NCBI GenBank assembly: GCA_017481565.1
Contig: JAFUOZ010000041.1
Location: 12,351-76,350, forward strand
Source of the DNA: Oscillospiraceae bacterium
GTDB taxonomy: Bacteria; Bacillota; Clostridia; Oscillospirales; Ruminococcaceae
Length of the DNA stretch: 64,000 nucleotides
Direction: 5' to 3'
The notes beneath the pieces are model-generated. The model saw nothing but the letters and a program-made list of their open reading frames with translations, was not told where the DNA came from and did not search any database. Below are positions 18,663-27,580 of this stretch, piece by piece. How positions within the stretch are numbered: position 1 is the stretch's first letter; the number at the start of each line of letters is the position of its first letter. The position numbers were made by a program, and so were the translations under genes.

Positions 18663-19679
18663 TTAATTACCAAGAGAATTTTCAAGAAACTTCATATATT
18701 GCTTAACTCTGTTGTCATCCTGGGCATAAGTATTCAGCTTATCAAGAACGTTCAGCCAAAGAATATCATTATCATTCAACAGCTTTTCAAACAAGGCTAT
18801 TGAGCTTTCAACATCAAATTTTCGTTTGATATCCTCATCAAAACCACGTCTTTCGGTGTTGAAAAGTCTTGTTTCGGAATGATATTTATTCTTGGTTTCT
18901 CCTCTTATGATAGAACATATAATATCAAAGCTTTCACGGTAAAATTCCTTTTCAAAATGAGCTCCGTTAAGGTTGCTCCAATGATTTTCATCACCCATAA
19001 AGTATTTTGATATATCTATTACATAAGGGTTATACTTATTGATGATATAGTTTTCTAATTCTGAAAGCTGAGGATTGTATTTGGAATTTGCCTGAAACGG
19101 ATTCCTGAATTTATCGGGGATAACTTCAATTCTGCCGTTTTTTGAAAGATAATAATTATTTGCACGGAAACAGTTTAAAATAATATGATCAGAGTCATAT
19201 TTCTGCATTATCTTTTCAAAAAACAAATCTACCATGCCATAATATATCCATGTGGGCAGCAGCATGAAATTTGCTACCGATATGTCTGCGGCGTTTTTCT
19301 GACACAGCCGAGTATTCATAAATTCATGGGCGCAGGTAGAAAAAAGTGTATTGTTATATACAGCAAAGTCTGTCTGCATATCAAACAGATCCATAACGAT
19401 CCATTCTGCGCGGGAATTCAGTAACAGATCTATAGTGTCCTTGTTTAAGCTTTGCTTTAATGTACGAAGCCTTGTTTTGTCCCATAATTCTTCGGCTTTT
19501 ATATCTTCTACCTCTGCTCTGTTAAAGGGTGGCGGATACATTGCGCAGGCTATATTCTGCTTATCAAGGAAATATTGCATATCTATATCGGAAGCGGCAG
19601 TATTATGTCCCTTTGTGTCACCGTCCAGCATGGATATACGTGAAACACAGCTGCCGAGAATATTGACTGTATAAGACAT
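18663..19679 (-). CDS. hypothetical cytoplasmic protein (N-terminus ILGSCVSR resembles the DUF6270 family; not verified)
   Basis: 338-aa ORF 16 nt downstream of the SGNH hydrolase gene on the same strand. No signal peptide or TM segment. Confidence 0.65.
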   Translation of the reverse strand: MSYTVNILGSCVSRISMLDGDTKGHNTAASDIDMQYFLDKQNIACAMYPPPFNRAEVEDIKAEELWDKTRLRTLKQSLNKDTIDLLLNSRAEWIVMDLFDMQTDFAVYNNTLFSTCAHEFMNTRLCQKNAADISVANFMLLPTWIYYGMVDLFFEKIMQKYDSDHIILNCFRANNYYLSKNGRIEVIPDKFRNPFQANSKYNPQLSELENYIINKYNPYVIDISKYFMGDENHWSNLNGAHFEKEFYRESFDIICSIIRGETKNKYHSETRLFNTERRGFDEDIKRKFDVESSIALFEKLLNDNDILWLNVLDKLNTYAQDDNRVKQYMKFLENSLGN

Positions 19680-19695
19680 TTTTATCCCTCTTTTA

Positions 19696-20457
19696 TCAGA
19701 ACATATTGTTCCTTATTTCCTTGCCGATATATTTTCCTTCAAGGCACTGACCCTTTTCGGCAGGGTGCAGACCGTCACGGAGATATCTTCCTTCACCGCC
19801 GTTTATCTCGAATTTTTCACATATTCCGCTGTTGTGGAAGCAGTCGATCATCTGAACTGCAAAGGCACCGCAGATCTTTTTCATTGTAACGATCTGCTTT
19901 TCTATCTTGGCATTATGCTCAGGATTTCCTGTCTGTATAGGTGTGCAGACAAATACCCTTGCGTCGGGATATTCGGTCATGATAGTCTGTATGCACCAGC
20001 GCATAGCGTTTGCTTCGTCATAAGCCTTGTCAAGAGATGCTTCCTTGCCTTCAAGTGCAGCCTCAGCATCACCGATACACTGCTCCTCATCGTTTGTACC
20101 CATAGCGAAAACAAATACATCGGGAACAGGATATTCTCCGCTTTTTACCTCGCTGATGAATTTCTGTATATGCACCACAGCACAGTTATTCATGCGCTTC
20201 TGCATTTCGTTCATATCCTCTGTAGGCTCCCAGCCGTCGCTTATGCCTGCAAAATCGGGATCGGAATAATCCTGAGTTTCAACTGTAACGCCGTTTGCGG
20301 TATATTTTCTCTTATACCATACCGATGAGCCGACAGCTACATTGTGCTGACCTGCAAATCCAAGATCATTTACCACATGATATGACCACTGATTGCCTGC
20401 TGTTATGCTGTCACCGTCAACGCCTAAATTAAGCTTTGAAAAATCGAAGGTATTCAT
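19696..20457 (-). CDS. SGNH/GDSL-family hydrolase (esterase)
   Basis: Block I GVDGDSITAG, block III FAMGTNDE, block V DGLHP. No signal peptide. Confidence 0.85.
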   Translation of the reverse strand: MNTFDFSKLNLGVDGDSITAGNQWSYHVVNDLGFAGQHNVAVGSSVWYKRKYTANGVTVETQDYSDPDFAGISDGWEPTEDMNEMQKRMNNCAVVHIQKFISEVKSGEYPVPDVFVFAMGTNDEEQCIGDAEAALEGKEASLDKAYDEANAMRWCIQTIMTEYPDARVFVCTPIQTGNPEHNAKIEKQIVTMKKICGAFAVQMIDCFHNSGICEKFEINGGEGRYLRDGLHPAEKGQCLEGKYIGKEIRNNMF

Positions 20458-20576
20458 ATATACTCTATCTCCTTGTAATAATTAATATCACGAATAATTT
20501 TCAGAAATTGACTGTAATTATCGGCTGATAAAGGTCAATAATAGTATTACAAAATAAACCGAAAGGATATCAGCCG

Positions 20577-20981
20577 ATGAGCCGTTTAAAAGAACACACC
20601 ATTATTTTTCTTCTGGGCGGAGTAATATATTCCGCAGTGGAGGTCATTTTCAGAGGATATACCCACTGGAGCATGACCCTTACCGCAGGTATAAGCCTGC
20701 TGATAATGTACCGCCATTTTGATGCTCACCCCGAAGAGGGTATTCTTACAAGATGCCTTTTCGGAATGGTGACCATAACCACTCTTGAATTTATTGCAGG
20801 CTGTATCTTCAATATAGCCCTGAATTATGATGTGTGGGATTATTCAGATATGTATCTGAACTTTATGGGACAGATATGCCCCACCTTCTGTGCCGCATGG
20901 TTTCTGATAAGTCTTCCCGCAGCGATAATATGTGAATATGTACGTTCACGCTTTTCCGGCGGAGAATTCATATCGGCATGA
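20577..20981 (+). CDS. small 4-TM membrane protein (resembles the 'putative ABC-transporter type IV' / DUF1113 family)
   Basis: 134 aa, four hydrophobic helices, FLLGGVIYSAVEVIFRGYTHWSM at the N-terminus. Confidence 0.65.
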   Translation: MSRLKEHTIIFLLGGVIYSAVEVIFRGYTHWSMTLTAGISLLIMYRHFDAHPEEGILTRCLFGMVTITTLEFIAGCIFNIALNYDVWDYSDMYLNFMGQICPTFCAAWFLISLPAAIICEYVRSRFSGGEFISA

Positions 20982-20988
20982 CCTTTGC

Positions 20989-22047
20989 TTACAGAATACC
21001 TTTTATAAATGCGGTAAGCTCCTCAGCCATTTCGTTATGCTCGGCAATTCTCGGGTGACCGTGGGTTGCTGAGCCGTTTCTCCTGAAAAGGTTATGATAA
21101 GCTTTGATACCCTCTGCATTAAGCTCGTCCTTTATGGCTTCGATAGTATCGTCCCACGCCTTGTCATGATTGAGCACAGTAGTTGTAAGCACGAATTTTA
21201 CTTTATCACCGTATTTTTCTGAGAGACTGCGGATAATTCCCATATAGCCGTCCATCCACTTTCTGCGGTAATCGGGATCGGTTATATCAAGATCGTCCGC
21301 ATCGGTGATACCGTTGTGCTTGTCGTTCTGACCGAGAGCAAAAACTACAACATCGGGGGTGTAGCGTGAAAAATCCCAGCTTGTAAGCTCGCCTGCTTCG
21401 GGGAAATAGCATAGCTTATCATATACCGATTCCATGCCTATCATCTTGGGCCAGTGGAAATAGCCTGTATCATCGAATACGGCAATTCCGCCCTGAGCGA
21501 TGTTGTGTATACGTGCATTAAGGTTACGTGAGGTCTGCATAACAAAGCTGTACCATGAGTTATCATATATAGATTCATGTCCCACAGGGTCACAGAGACC
21601 CTCAAAGCCTGCCGCCTCGCATACCTCGCCTGCGCATACGCTGTCGCCGTAGACCTCCATATTAAGAGAATAGCTGCGGTTTACAGGCAAAAGTTCACCG
21701 TTTTCGATGTCAATTCCGCTGAGTGAGTAGCTGTGGTTTGAGGATATCCTCTTATAGATGATAAGCTCATGCTCCTTATCCGATTCGAGATTTGCACAGA
21801 GCTGAACTGTCACCTCATTGTAGTTGTTTTCATATTTAAGGGGGAGACGGCCCATTCTTCCGTCAATAATATATCCCAGTGAGACTATTCCCCAGTTTGA
21901 ATGGTTCTTTATTTTTATTGAAAGGGCTGTACCCCTGAAGCGTATTTCCAGCTGTGAGCCTGCATAGTAGAAAACAGGCGCTTTAGGGTCGGAGGTGTCG
22001 ATTCTTCCCATATAGTCAATATATGGGTTATTCATTTCATAAAGCAT
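20989..22047 (-). CDS. CE2-like carbohydrate acetylesterase (N-terminal beta-sandwich plus SGNH domain)
   Basis: N-terminal GRID...FYYAGSQLEIRFRGTALSIKIKN jelly-roll-like region. SGNH blocks VYGDSVCAG, ALGQNDK, GHPRIAEH. No signal peptide. Confidence 0.78.
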   Translation of the reverse strand: MLYEMNNPYIDYMGRIDTSDPKAPVFYYAGSQLEIRFRGTALSIKIKNHSNWGIVSLGYIIDGRMGRLPLKYENNYNEVTVQLCANLESDKEHELIIYKRISSNHSYSLSGIDIENGELLPVNRSYSLNMEVYGDSVCAGEVCEAAGFEGLCDPVGHESIYDNSWYSFVMQTSRNLNARIHNIAQGGIAVFDDTGYFHWPKMIGMESVYDKLCYFPEAGELTSWDFSRYTPDVVVFALGQNDKHNGITDADDLDITDPDYRRKWMDGYMGIIRSLSEKYGDKVKFVLTTTVLNHDKAWDDTIEAIKDELNAEGIKAYHNLFRRNGSATHGHPRIAEHNEMAEELTAFIKGIL

Positions 22048-22160
22048 AGTTTTATCCTCTTGTATTCAGAGTATTTTCATGTGTTTTCCGTAAAAATCAT
22101 ACAAAAACGGCTTTCGGACTTGTCAGTGTACTGAGATCACAAAAGCCGCTTTTTTATAGC

Positions 22161-24419
22161 TTATATTCTGGTAAAGCTGATTATAGTTGAAGTAAAGTCG
22201 CCGTGAACTGAAACATTGATGCCTGCGTTCATAAGTGCACTTCCCGAATGTACTTCACCTGTAGCACTGCTCAGATACTTTGCGTCAGGGTCAAGACCCT
22301 TCAGCTTTATGCGTCTGCTGCGGTAATTGGGTCTGCCCAGAACCTGAACAAAGGTGAAAAGTGCTTCTGACTTGTCCTTTGCAACGAACATCCATGCGTC
22401 CCACATATTATCTTCAAATACATTTCCGATACGGTACTGGTCGCCTGTTCTGATAAGAGGATTGTATTTCTTGAATTCCTCCACCTGAGCAGGTATCATA
22501 TTCCTGTCATTTTCGGGGATACGTGTTACATCAAGCTCATATCCGAAGGTACCCACCATAGCAACGTGACCTCTTGTTGCAAAGGGAGTGCTTCTTCCTA
22601 CTGTATGGTTGGGACAGTCGGAAACGTGTGCGCCCATTGCGGAGGCAGGATAGCAGATAGAGGTTCCGTGCTGTATCTTAAGTCTTTCGATAGCGTCGGT
22701 ATCGTCAGATGTCCATATCTGAGGAGAATAATAAAGCATACCGGCGTCAAAGCGAGCGCCGCCGCCTGAGCAGTTTTCAAGCAGGATATGAGGATAATCC
22801 GTTGTAAGACGGTTCATCACATCATATACACCGAGAACATATCTGTGCCACAGCTCTCTCTGACGGTTTGCAGGAAGTGTGGTGGAGCCTACCTCTGTAA
22901 GCTGGCGGTTCATATCCCACTTGATATATTCTATATTTGCGCTGTCCAGTATCTTTTTCATCATGCCGTAGATGCAGTCTCTTACCTCCTTGTTGGAGTA
23001 GTCGAGAACATACTGCTCACGGCTCTGGGTCATATCCATACCCTGTATCTGAATTGCCCATTCGGGATGTTTCTTGAAAAGCTCACTGTCGGGAGAGATC
23101 ATCTCAGGCTCAAACCAGATACCGAACTTCATACCAAGCTTGTTTACCTCGTCAACCAGGTACTTGAGACCGCCCTTTATCTTGCTTTCATAAACAAACC
23201 AGTCGCCAAGTGAGCTGTTGTCGCTGTCACGGTGACCGAACCAGCCGTCGTCCATAACAAGCATTTCTATGCCAAGCTCGGAAGCCTGCTTTGCGATGCT
23301 GATAAGCTTATCAGTATCGAAATTGAAATATGTAGCTTCCCAGTTGTTGATAAGTATGGGACGGCGCTTATCCTTATATTCACCTCTTATAAGGTGCTGC
23401 CTGTAAAGGTCATGGAAGGTACGGCTCATATTTCCGATACCCTGTGAGGAATATACCATTACTGCTTCGGGAGCAGCGAATACTTCACCCGGTTCAAGAA
23501 GCCAGTTGAAATCGAAATGGTTGATACCCATAACAACTCTTGTTTTCTTGTGCTGTGTAACCTCTGCCTGTGCAAAGAAGTTGCCGCTGTATACCAGATT
23601 GAAGCCGTAAGCCTCGCCCATATCCTCGTCTGCATTATGCGATACAAGAGCGATAAAGGGGTTGTTCTGATGTGATGATTCACCCTTGACGGAATCAATG
23701 CCCTGCTTGCCGTGATGAAGTGGAGAACGCTCCATGATGCGCTCTCTTGCCCATGAGCCGTTGAGAGTGATAAAATCATACTGATCCGAATCAAAATCAA
23801 TGCCCATAGACATTACTCTGCGGATATTGACAGCTCTTTCGCCCTTGTTTACAAGACGTACGCTTCTTGTGATAACATCAAGGTCGTTGAATGCGGTATA
23901 GATAAGAACAGCTTCAATTCCGCTGTGCTTGTCAACACAGGTTATCTCCAGGGTTTCAGCCTCGTTTTCATCTGCAAAGGTTGCGGGAAGAGTTACTATA
24001 TCGGGCTGAACTATCTGAGGCTTGCCCTTATATATCTTATGAGATACATATCTTAAATCGCAGGAGGACATACCGTCCTCGTCCATTATCATAAAGCAGG
24101 GTTCTCTGTAATCGCCTATACCGTGACAGGGATATTCAAAGGGGGTAGTGTCCATGAATGTACCCATATCTCTTTTGTTTACCTTTGGTGTATAGGGATT
24201 TTCACCCAGTCTGATAAGATAGGAAAGGTCGTCGTCCTCAATATGCTTACCGTAGTAAACGTGAGCAAGATGACCGCTTTCAAGTGCTGCAAGGGCATAG
24301 GTAGTATCCTTTGCGTTGAGCGTGAAAAGCTTCATTTCCTCTGTGAATATTTCATCGGAATTTGTCTGCCATCTGTACTGGCTGTATTCCTTTTTTATTG
24401 ACTGTTCCTTGATACTCAT
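22161..24419 (-). CDS. alpha-galactosidase, glycoside hydrolase family 36
   Basis: 752 aa. PILINNWEATYFNFD, MDDGWFG, KWDMNR, ENCSGGGARFD, IWTSDDTD. Confidence 0.93.
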   Translation of the reverse strand: MSIKEQSIKKEYSQYRWQTNSDEIFTEEMKLFTLNAKDTTYALAALESGHLAHVYYGKHIEDDDLSYLIRLGENPYTPKVNKRDMGTFMDTTPFEYPCHGIGDYREPCFMIMDEDGMSSCDLRYVSHKIYKGKPQIVQPDIVTLPATFADENEAETLEITCVDKHSGIEAVLIYTAFNDLDVITRSVRLVNKGERAVNIRRVMSMGIDFDSDQYDFITLNGSWARERIMERSPLHHGKQGIDSVKGESSHQNNPFIALVSHNADEDMGEAYGFNLVYSGNFFAQAEVTQHKKTRVVMGINHFDFNWLLEPGEVFAAPEAVMVYSSQGIGNMSRTFHDLYRQHLIRGEYKDKRRPILINNWEATYFNFDTDKLISIAKQASELGIEMLVMDDGWFGHRDSDNSSLGDWFVYESKIKGGLKYLVDEVNKLGMKFGIWFEPEMISPDSELFKKHPEWAIQIQGMDMTQSREQYVLDYSNKEVRDCIYGMMKKILDSANIEYIKWDMNRQLTEVGSTTLPANRQRELWHRYVLGVYDVMNRLTTDYPHILLENCSGGGARFDAGMLYYSPQIWTSDDTDAIERLKIQHGTSICYPASAMGAHVSDCPNHTVGRSTPFATRGHVAMVGTFGYELDVTRIPENDRNMIPAQVEEFKKYNPLIRTGDQYRIGNVFEDNMWDAWMFVAKDKSEALFTFVQVLGRPNYRSRRIKLKGLDPDAKYLSSATGEVHSGSALMNAGINVSVHGDFTSTIISFTRI

Positions 24420-24436
24420 AGTGACCTCCGTATTAT

Positions 24437-25042
24437 TTATTCTCTGGTTATAGCCTCGGAGCTGTCCTCGATATAATGCTCTCTTACAGCACCGAAAAAT
24501 CTGTCTATAAGCTTGAATAGAAGATATATAAATATCCCCGAAATGTTGGTGAATATGAATTCGGGGATAAATATTCCTGTCAGAATACCTGAATCCGGGT
24601 CATAGCCCCAAAGAAGATAGAAGAAAATATAATGGAGCGAGGATTGTATAAGCGACGCTCCGAAGCAGAGCAGGATAAAGTTAAGTATCCGCCGCCGCAT
24701 ATAAAACAGAAAAACAAGTGAAATCATCATAGAACAGAAGCCTATGATTATTCCGTTGAAGCTTACAAGCGTACCTGATGCAGAATCGGTCAGAAGTCCG
24801 CAGACGCAGCCGAAAAGCGCAGAATAAAAGGGGGAGGCGGATTCATATACCGCCGCCGCCGCTGCAACGGGGATAAGTACAAGAGGCATAGGCAGCCGTC
24901 CCATATCCGATACGGAAATCACCTTTCCTGTTGACATGAATATATAACCGATACCTGCAAGAAGATAATATATTATCCACCGTATGACCGCATTGCGTTT
25001 TTCCTTTTTCTTTTTGCGGTCCATGTTCATTTTTTTGGTCAT
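24437..25042 (-). CDS. mreD: rod shape-determining protein MreD
   Basis: Small polytopic membrane protein. Start overlaps the mreC stop (ATGA). Last gene of the mreB-mreC-mreD order. Confidence 0.75.
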   Translation of the reverse strand: MTKKMNMDRKKKKEKRNAVIRWIIYYLLAGIGYIFMSTGKVISVSDMGRLPMPLVLIPVAAAAAVYESASPFYSALFGCVCGLLTDSASGTLVSFNGIIIGFCSMMISLVFLFYMRRRILNFILLCFGASLIQSSLHYIFFYLLWGYDPDSGILTGIFIPEFIFTNISGIFIYLLFKLIDRFFGAVREHYIEDSSEAITRE

Positions 25043-25971
25043 GAAAGCTCCTCCGTTTCTGCGGACGAGGCTTCCGTTTCATCTGTATCTGTATCATCTG
25101 ATGTTTCGGAGACAGCTTCTTCAACGGGTATATTTTCGGCGGAGATATCCGCATCCTCAGCCGCAAGTACCGAATCGTCTATCTCAAAGCCTGTTATGAC
25201 GAATACATCTGAAACAGTTTCAGGGTCTACCGCCGGCTTTATCACCGCATACATGGACAGACCGCTGTCCTCCATGCCGATATCCTCAACGATACCCACA
25301 AGCTGTCCCGCAGGATAGTTTGCGCTTCCCGAGGTGACTACAATATCGCCTTTTTTTATTTCACTTATCTTGTCGATGTAGCTCATTCTGCAGAAGCCGT
25401 CTGTAGAAAGCTCGTAGGTACCCTCTATGATACCCTGTGCCTTTGTTTCGAGAGTATATACACCGATAGCCGTTTTGGGAGAATAAAGAGTGCGTACCTT
25501 GGCAGTGGACTGTGCAACATCATAGCATACGCCTACTATTCCTTCCGAGGTAACAACAGGGTCCTGTGGCTTTATACCGTCCTCAGCGCCCTTGTCAATG
25601 GTAAATGAGGCGTAAGGGTCGTTTGTGGTCCTTGCAATGACCGAGCAGGGAGGGGAGAAGGTAAAGCTTTCATATTCCTCACTCAGTTCAAGCATAGCTC
25701 TCAGGTCCTCGTTTTCACGTTTTAAGCTGTCATAATCTATAATATCGTTGTAAAGCTCATTTATTTCCGATTTGAGCTGTTGATTTTCATTATAATACCT
25801 CTCCGCATTCATAAGCATATCCAGCGAGGAGGTCACCTTGTCAGAAATGCTTGTGGACGCTTTCTGGAGCGGTTCAAAAAGCTTGCTCCAGAAGGATGCG
25901 CTTTCCGATGCATATCCGCCCTTTGTGACGGAATATATCATAACGCCCAGAAGAACGGCGGTAAGTGCCAC
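25039..25971 (-). CDS. mreC: rod shape-determining protein MreC (true start probably ATC at 26010)
   Basis: N-terminal TM, coiled-coil (NENQQLKSEINELYNDI), beta-barrel domains (SPKTAIGV..., GQLVGIV). The frame stays open upstream of GTG 25971 to 26031, and the SD GGGGTG sits 5 nt before ATC 26010. Confidence 0.85.
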   Translation of the reverse strand: MALTAVLLGVMIYSVTKGGYASESASFWSKLFEPLQKASTSISDKVTSSLDMLMNAERYYNENQQLKSEINELYNDIIDYDSLKRENEDLRAMLELSEEYESFTFSPPCSVIARTTNDPYASFTIDKGAEDGIKPQDPVVTSEGIVGVCYDVAQSTAKVRTLYSPKTAIGVYTLETKAQGIIEGTYELSTDGFCRMSYIDKISEIKKGDIVVTSGSANYPAGQLVGIVEDIGMEDSGLSMYAVIKPAVDPETVSDVFVITGFEIDDSVLAAEDADISAENIPVEEAVSETSDDTDTDETEASSAETEELS

Positions 25972-26044
25972 AAGTATTTTAAATCGGGTGCTTTTAAAAA
26001 ACTCTTTGATGCTATCACCCCGTTTGTGCTGTTATATATAATAA

Positions 26045-27061
26045 TTAATAATATCTCGATTCATCTGTAAGAACATCACGGAGCTTTTCGTTTTCCTCCA
26101 GTACCTTGCCTGTACCGTCGGCAACGCAGTCAAGAGGATTTTCCGCAATATAAACGGGCATACCTGTTTCACGGCTTATAAGCCTGTCAAGACCTCTGAT
26201 AAGGGCACCTCCGCCTGCAAGAGTGATACCCTGATCGATGATATCAGCCGCAAGCTCGGGGGGAGTTTTTTCAAGAGTTATCTTTATAGCCTCAACCACA
26301 TGAGAAAGGGGCTCTTCCAGAGCCTCTCTTATCTCCTCCGAGGATACTTTAATATTCTGAGGGAGACCGTTCATAAGATTTCTTCCCTTTATTTCCATAG
26401 AGGATTTCTGTTCGGAAAGAAACGCCGAACCGATAGCGATCTTTACATTTTCCGCTGTACGTTCACCTATAAGCAGATTATATTTTTTCTTGACATAGTT
26501 GATAATAGCCTGATCGAAAGCGTCGCCTGCAACTCTTACCGAGCGTGAAGTAACGATTCCGCCCAAAGAAATAACAGCTACCTCTGATGTGCCGCCGCCG
26601 ATATCCACGATCATTGAGCCTGTAGGCTCGGAAACGGGCAGACCTGCACCGATAGCAGCTGCCATAGGCTCTTCGATAATGCTTACCTTTTTAGCGCCTG
26701 CATTTTCGGTAGCCTCTCTTACAGCTCTTCTTTCAACTGCGGTAACTCCCGAGGGAATACAGATTATAACATTTGCTCTTGTAAAGAAGGCACCCTTAAG
26801 TGCCTTGTCTATAAATTCCTGAAGCATGGTGGTGGTAAGGTCAAAATCTGCGATAACACCGTCCTTAAGCGGACGCACCGCAACGATAGAGCCGGGAGTT
26901 CTTCCGATAACGTCCTTTGCCTCCTGACCTACATATTTAGCTGTTTCTGTCCTTGTATCAACGGCAACCACCGACGGTTCACGGATAATAATACCCTTTC
27001 CTCTCATATATACAAGGGTGTTTGCAGTTCCCAAATCTATTCCGATATCTCTGGTAAACAT
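26045..27061 (-). CDS. mreB: rod shape-determining actin homologue MreB
   Basis: [46 protein letters not shown]. Confidence 0.96.
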   Translation of the reverse strand: MFTRDIGIDLGTANTLVYMRGKGIIIREPSVVAVDTRTETAKYVGQEAKDVIGRTPGSIVAVRPLKDGVIADFDLTTTMLQEFIDKALKGAFFTRANVIICIPSGVTAVERRAVREATENAGAKKVSIIEEPMAAAIGAGLPVSEPTGSMIVDIGGGTSEVAVISLGGIVTSRSVRVAGDAFDQAIINYVKKKYNLLIGERTAENVKIAIGSAFLSEQKSSMEIKGRNLMNGLPQNIKVSSEEIREALEEPLSHVVEAIKITLEKTPPELAADIIDQGITLAGGGALIRGLDRLISRETGMPVYIAENPLDCVADGTGKVLEENEKLRDVLTDESRYY

Positions 27062-27294
27062 AAAGCTTGCTGCTCCTTTTCGTTTTCTTTTGTTCTATCT
27101 TTGTATGGTATTTTTTTATAAAAACCGGCAATTTTCCCGATTATAATATCATCTATACTATTATACCACGTAAATTATTTTACTACAACAGATTTTTTAA
27201 AAATATTTTCAGTATTTCAATTTTCTTTTTATTGTGCAATCAACAGGGCTTTTTCTTCTTTGTTTTTGGTTATTTTACACATATCGACGTTTTG

Positions 27295-27329
27295 CAAACT
27301 GCAATGCATAATGCGCAATTTCCAATAAA
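27295..27329 (+). repeat. five degenerate YAATKCG-family heptads
   Basis: CAAACTG CAATGCA TAATGCG CAATTTC CAATAAA (CAAT/TAAT phased every 7 nt). Confidence 0.45.
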
Positions 27330-27373
27330 AGTTCCACCGAAAGAGTTCAGACAGAGCTTTTATTCACAGCATT

Positions 27374-27491
27374 CTCAAAGAAACCGCTGATTGAATCGTT
27401 TCACGACCCACTCAGTCAATTTTGCCGCTACGGCAAAGGATTTTCGTGGGTCTGAAACGATGCCTACGGCTTTAATCAGCGCTTTCTTAAG
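27374..27491 (-). repeat. ~118-bp imperfect-palindrome element, copy B (inverted relative to copy A)
   Basis: Aligns along its full length to the reverse complement of 3004-3123. Central hairpin TTTGCCGCTACGGCAAA. Inner arms ATCGTTTCACGACCCAC / GTGGGTCTGAAACGAT. Confidence 0.8.
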
Positions 27492-27509
27492 TATTATCCT
27501 CGTTAAAAT

Positions 27510-27560
27510 AAAAAAACACACGCCGCCTGCGGATATCGCAAAGCGGCGTGTGTTTTTATT
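27510..27560 (-). terminator. rho-independent terminator of the 478-aa hydrolase gene (A/T runs on both sides)
   Basis: Stem ACACACGCCGC (27516-27526) / GCGGCGTGTGT (27544-27554), extended by CTGCG/CGCA. T-run on the minus strand. Confidence 0.8.
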
Positions 27561-27580
27561 TACATTTTAAAGAAGGCATA

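Noticed and set aside
22060-22160. Possible terminator after the alpha-galactosidase gene (CGGCTTT...AAAGCCG with a 27-nt loop).
   Set aside because: The stem is only 7 bp and the loop is very large. This is too weak to call.
27067-27390. 107-aa ORF in the mreB upstream region.
   Set aside because: Phe/Ile-rich low-complexity product of an AT-rich intergenic region. It runs into the heptad run and palindrome copy B and has no RBS.
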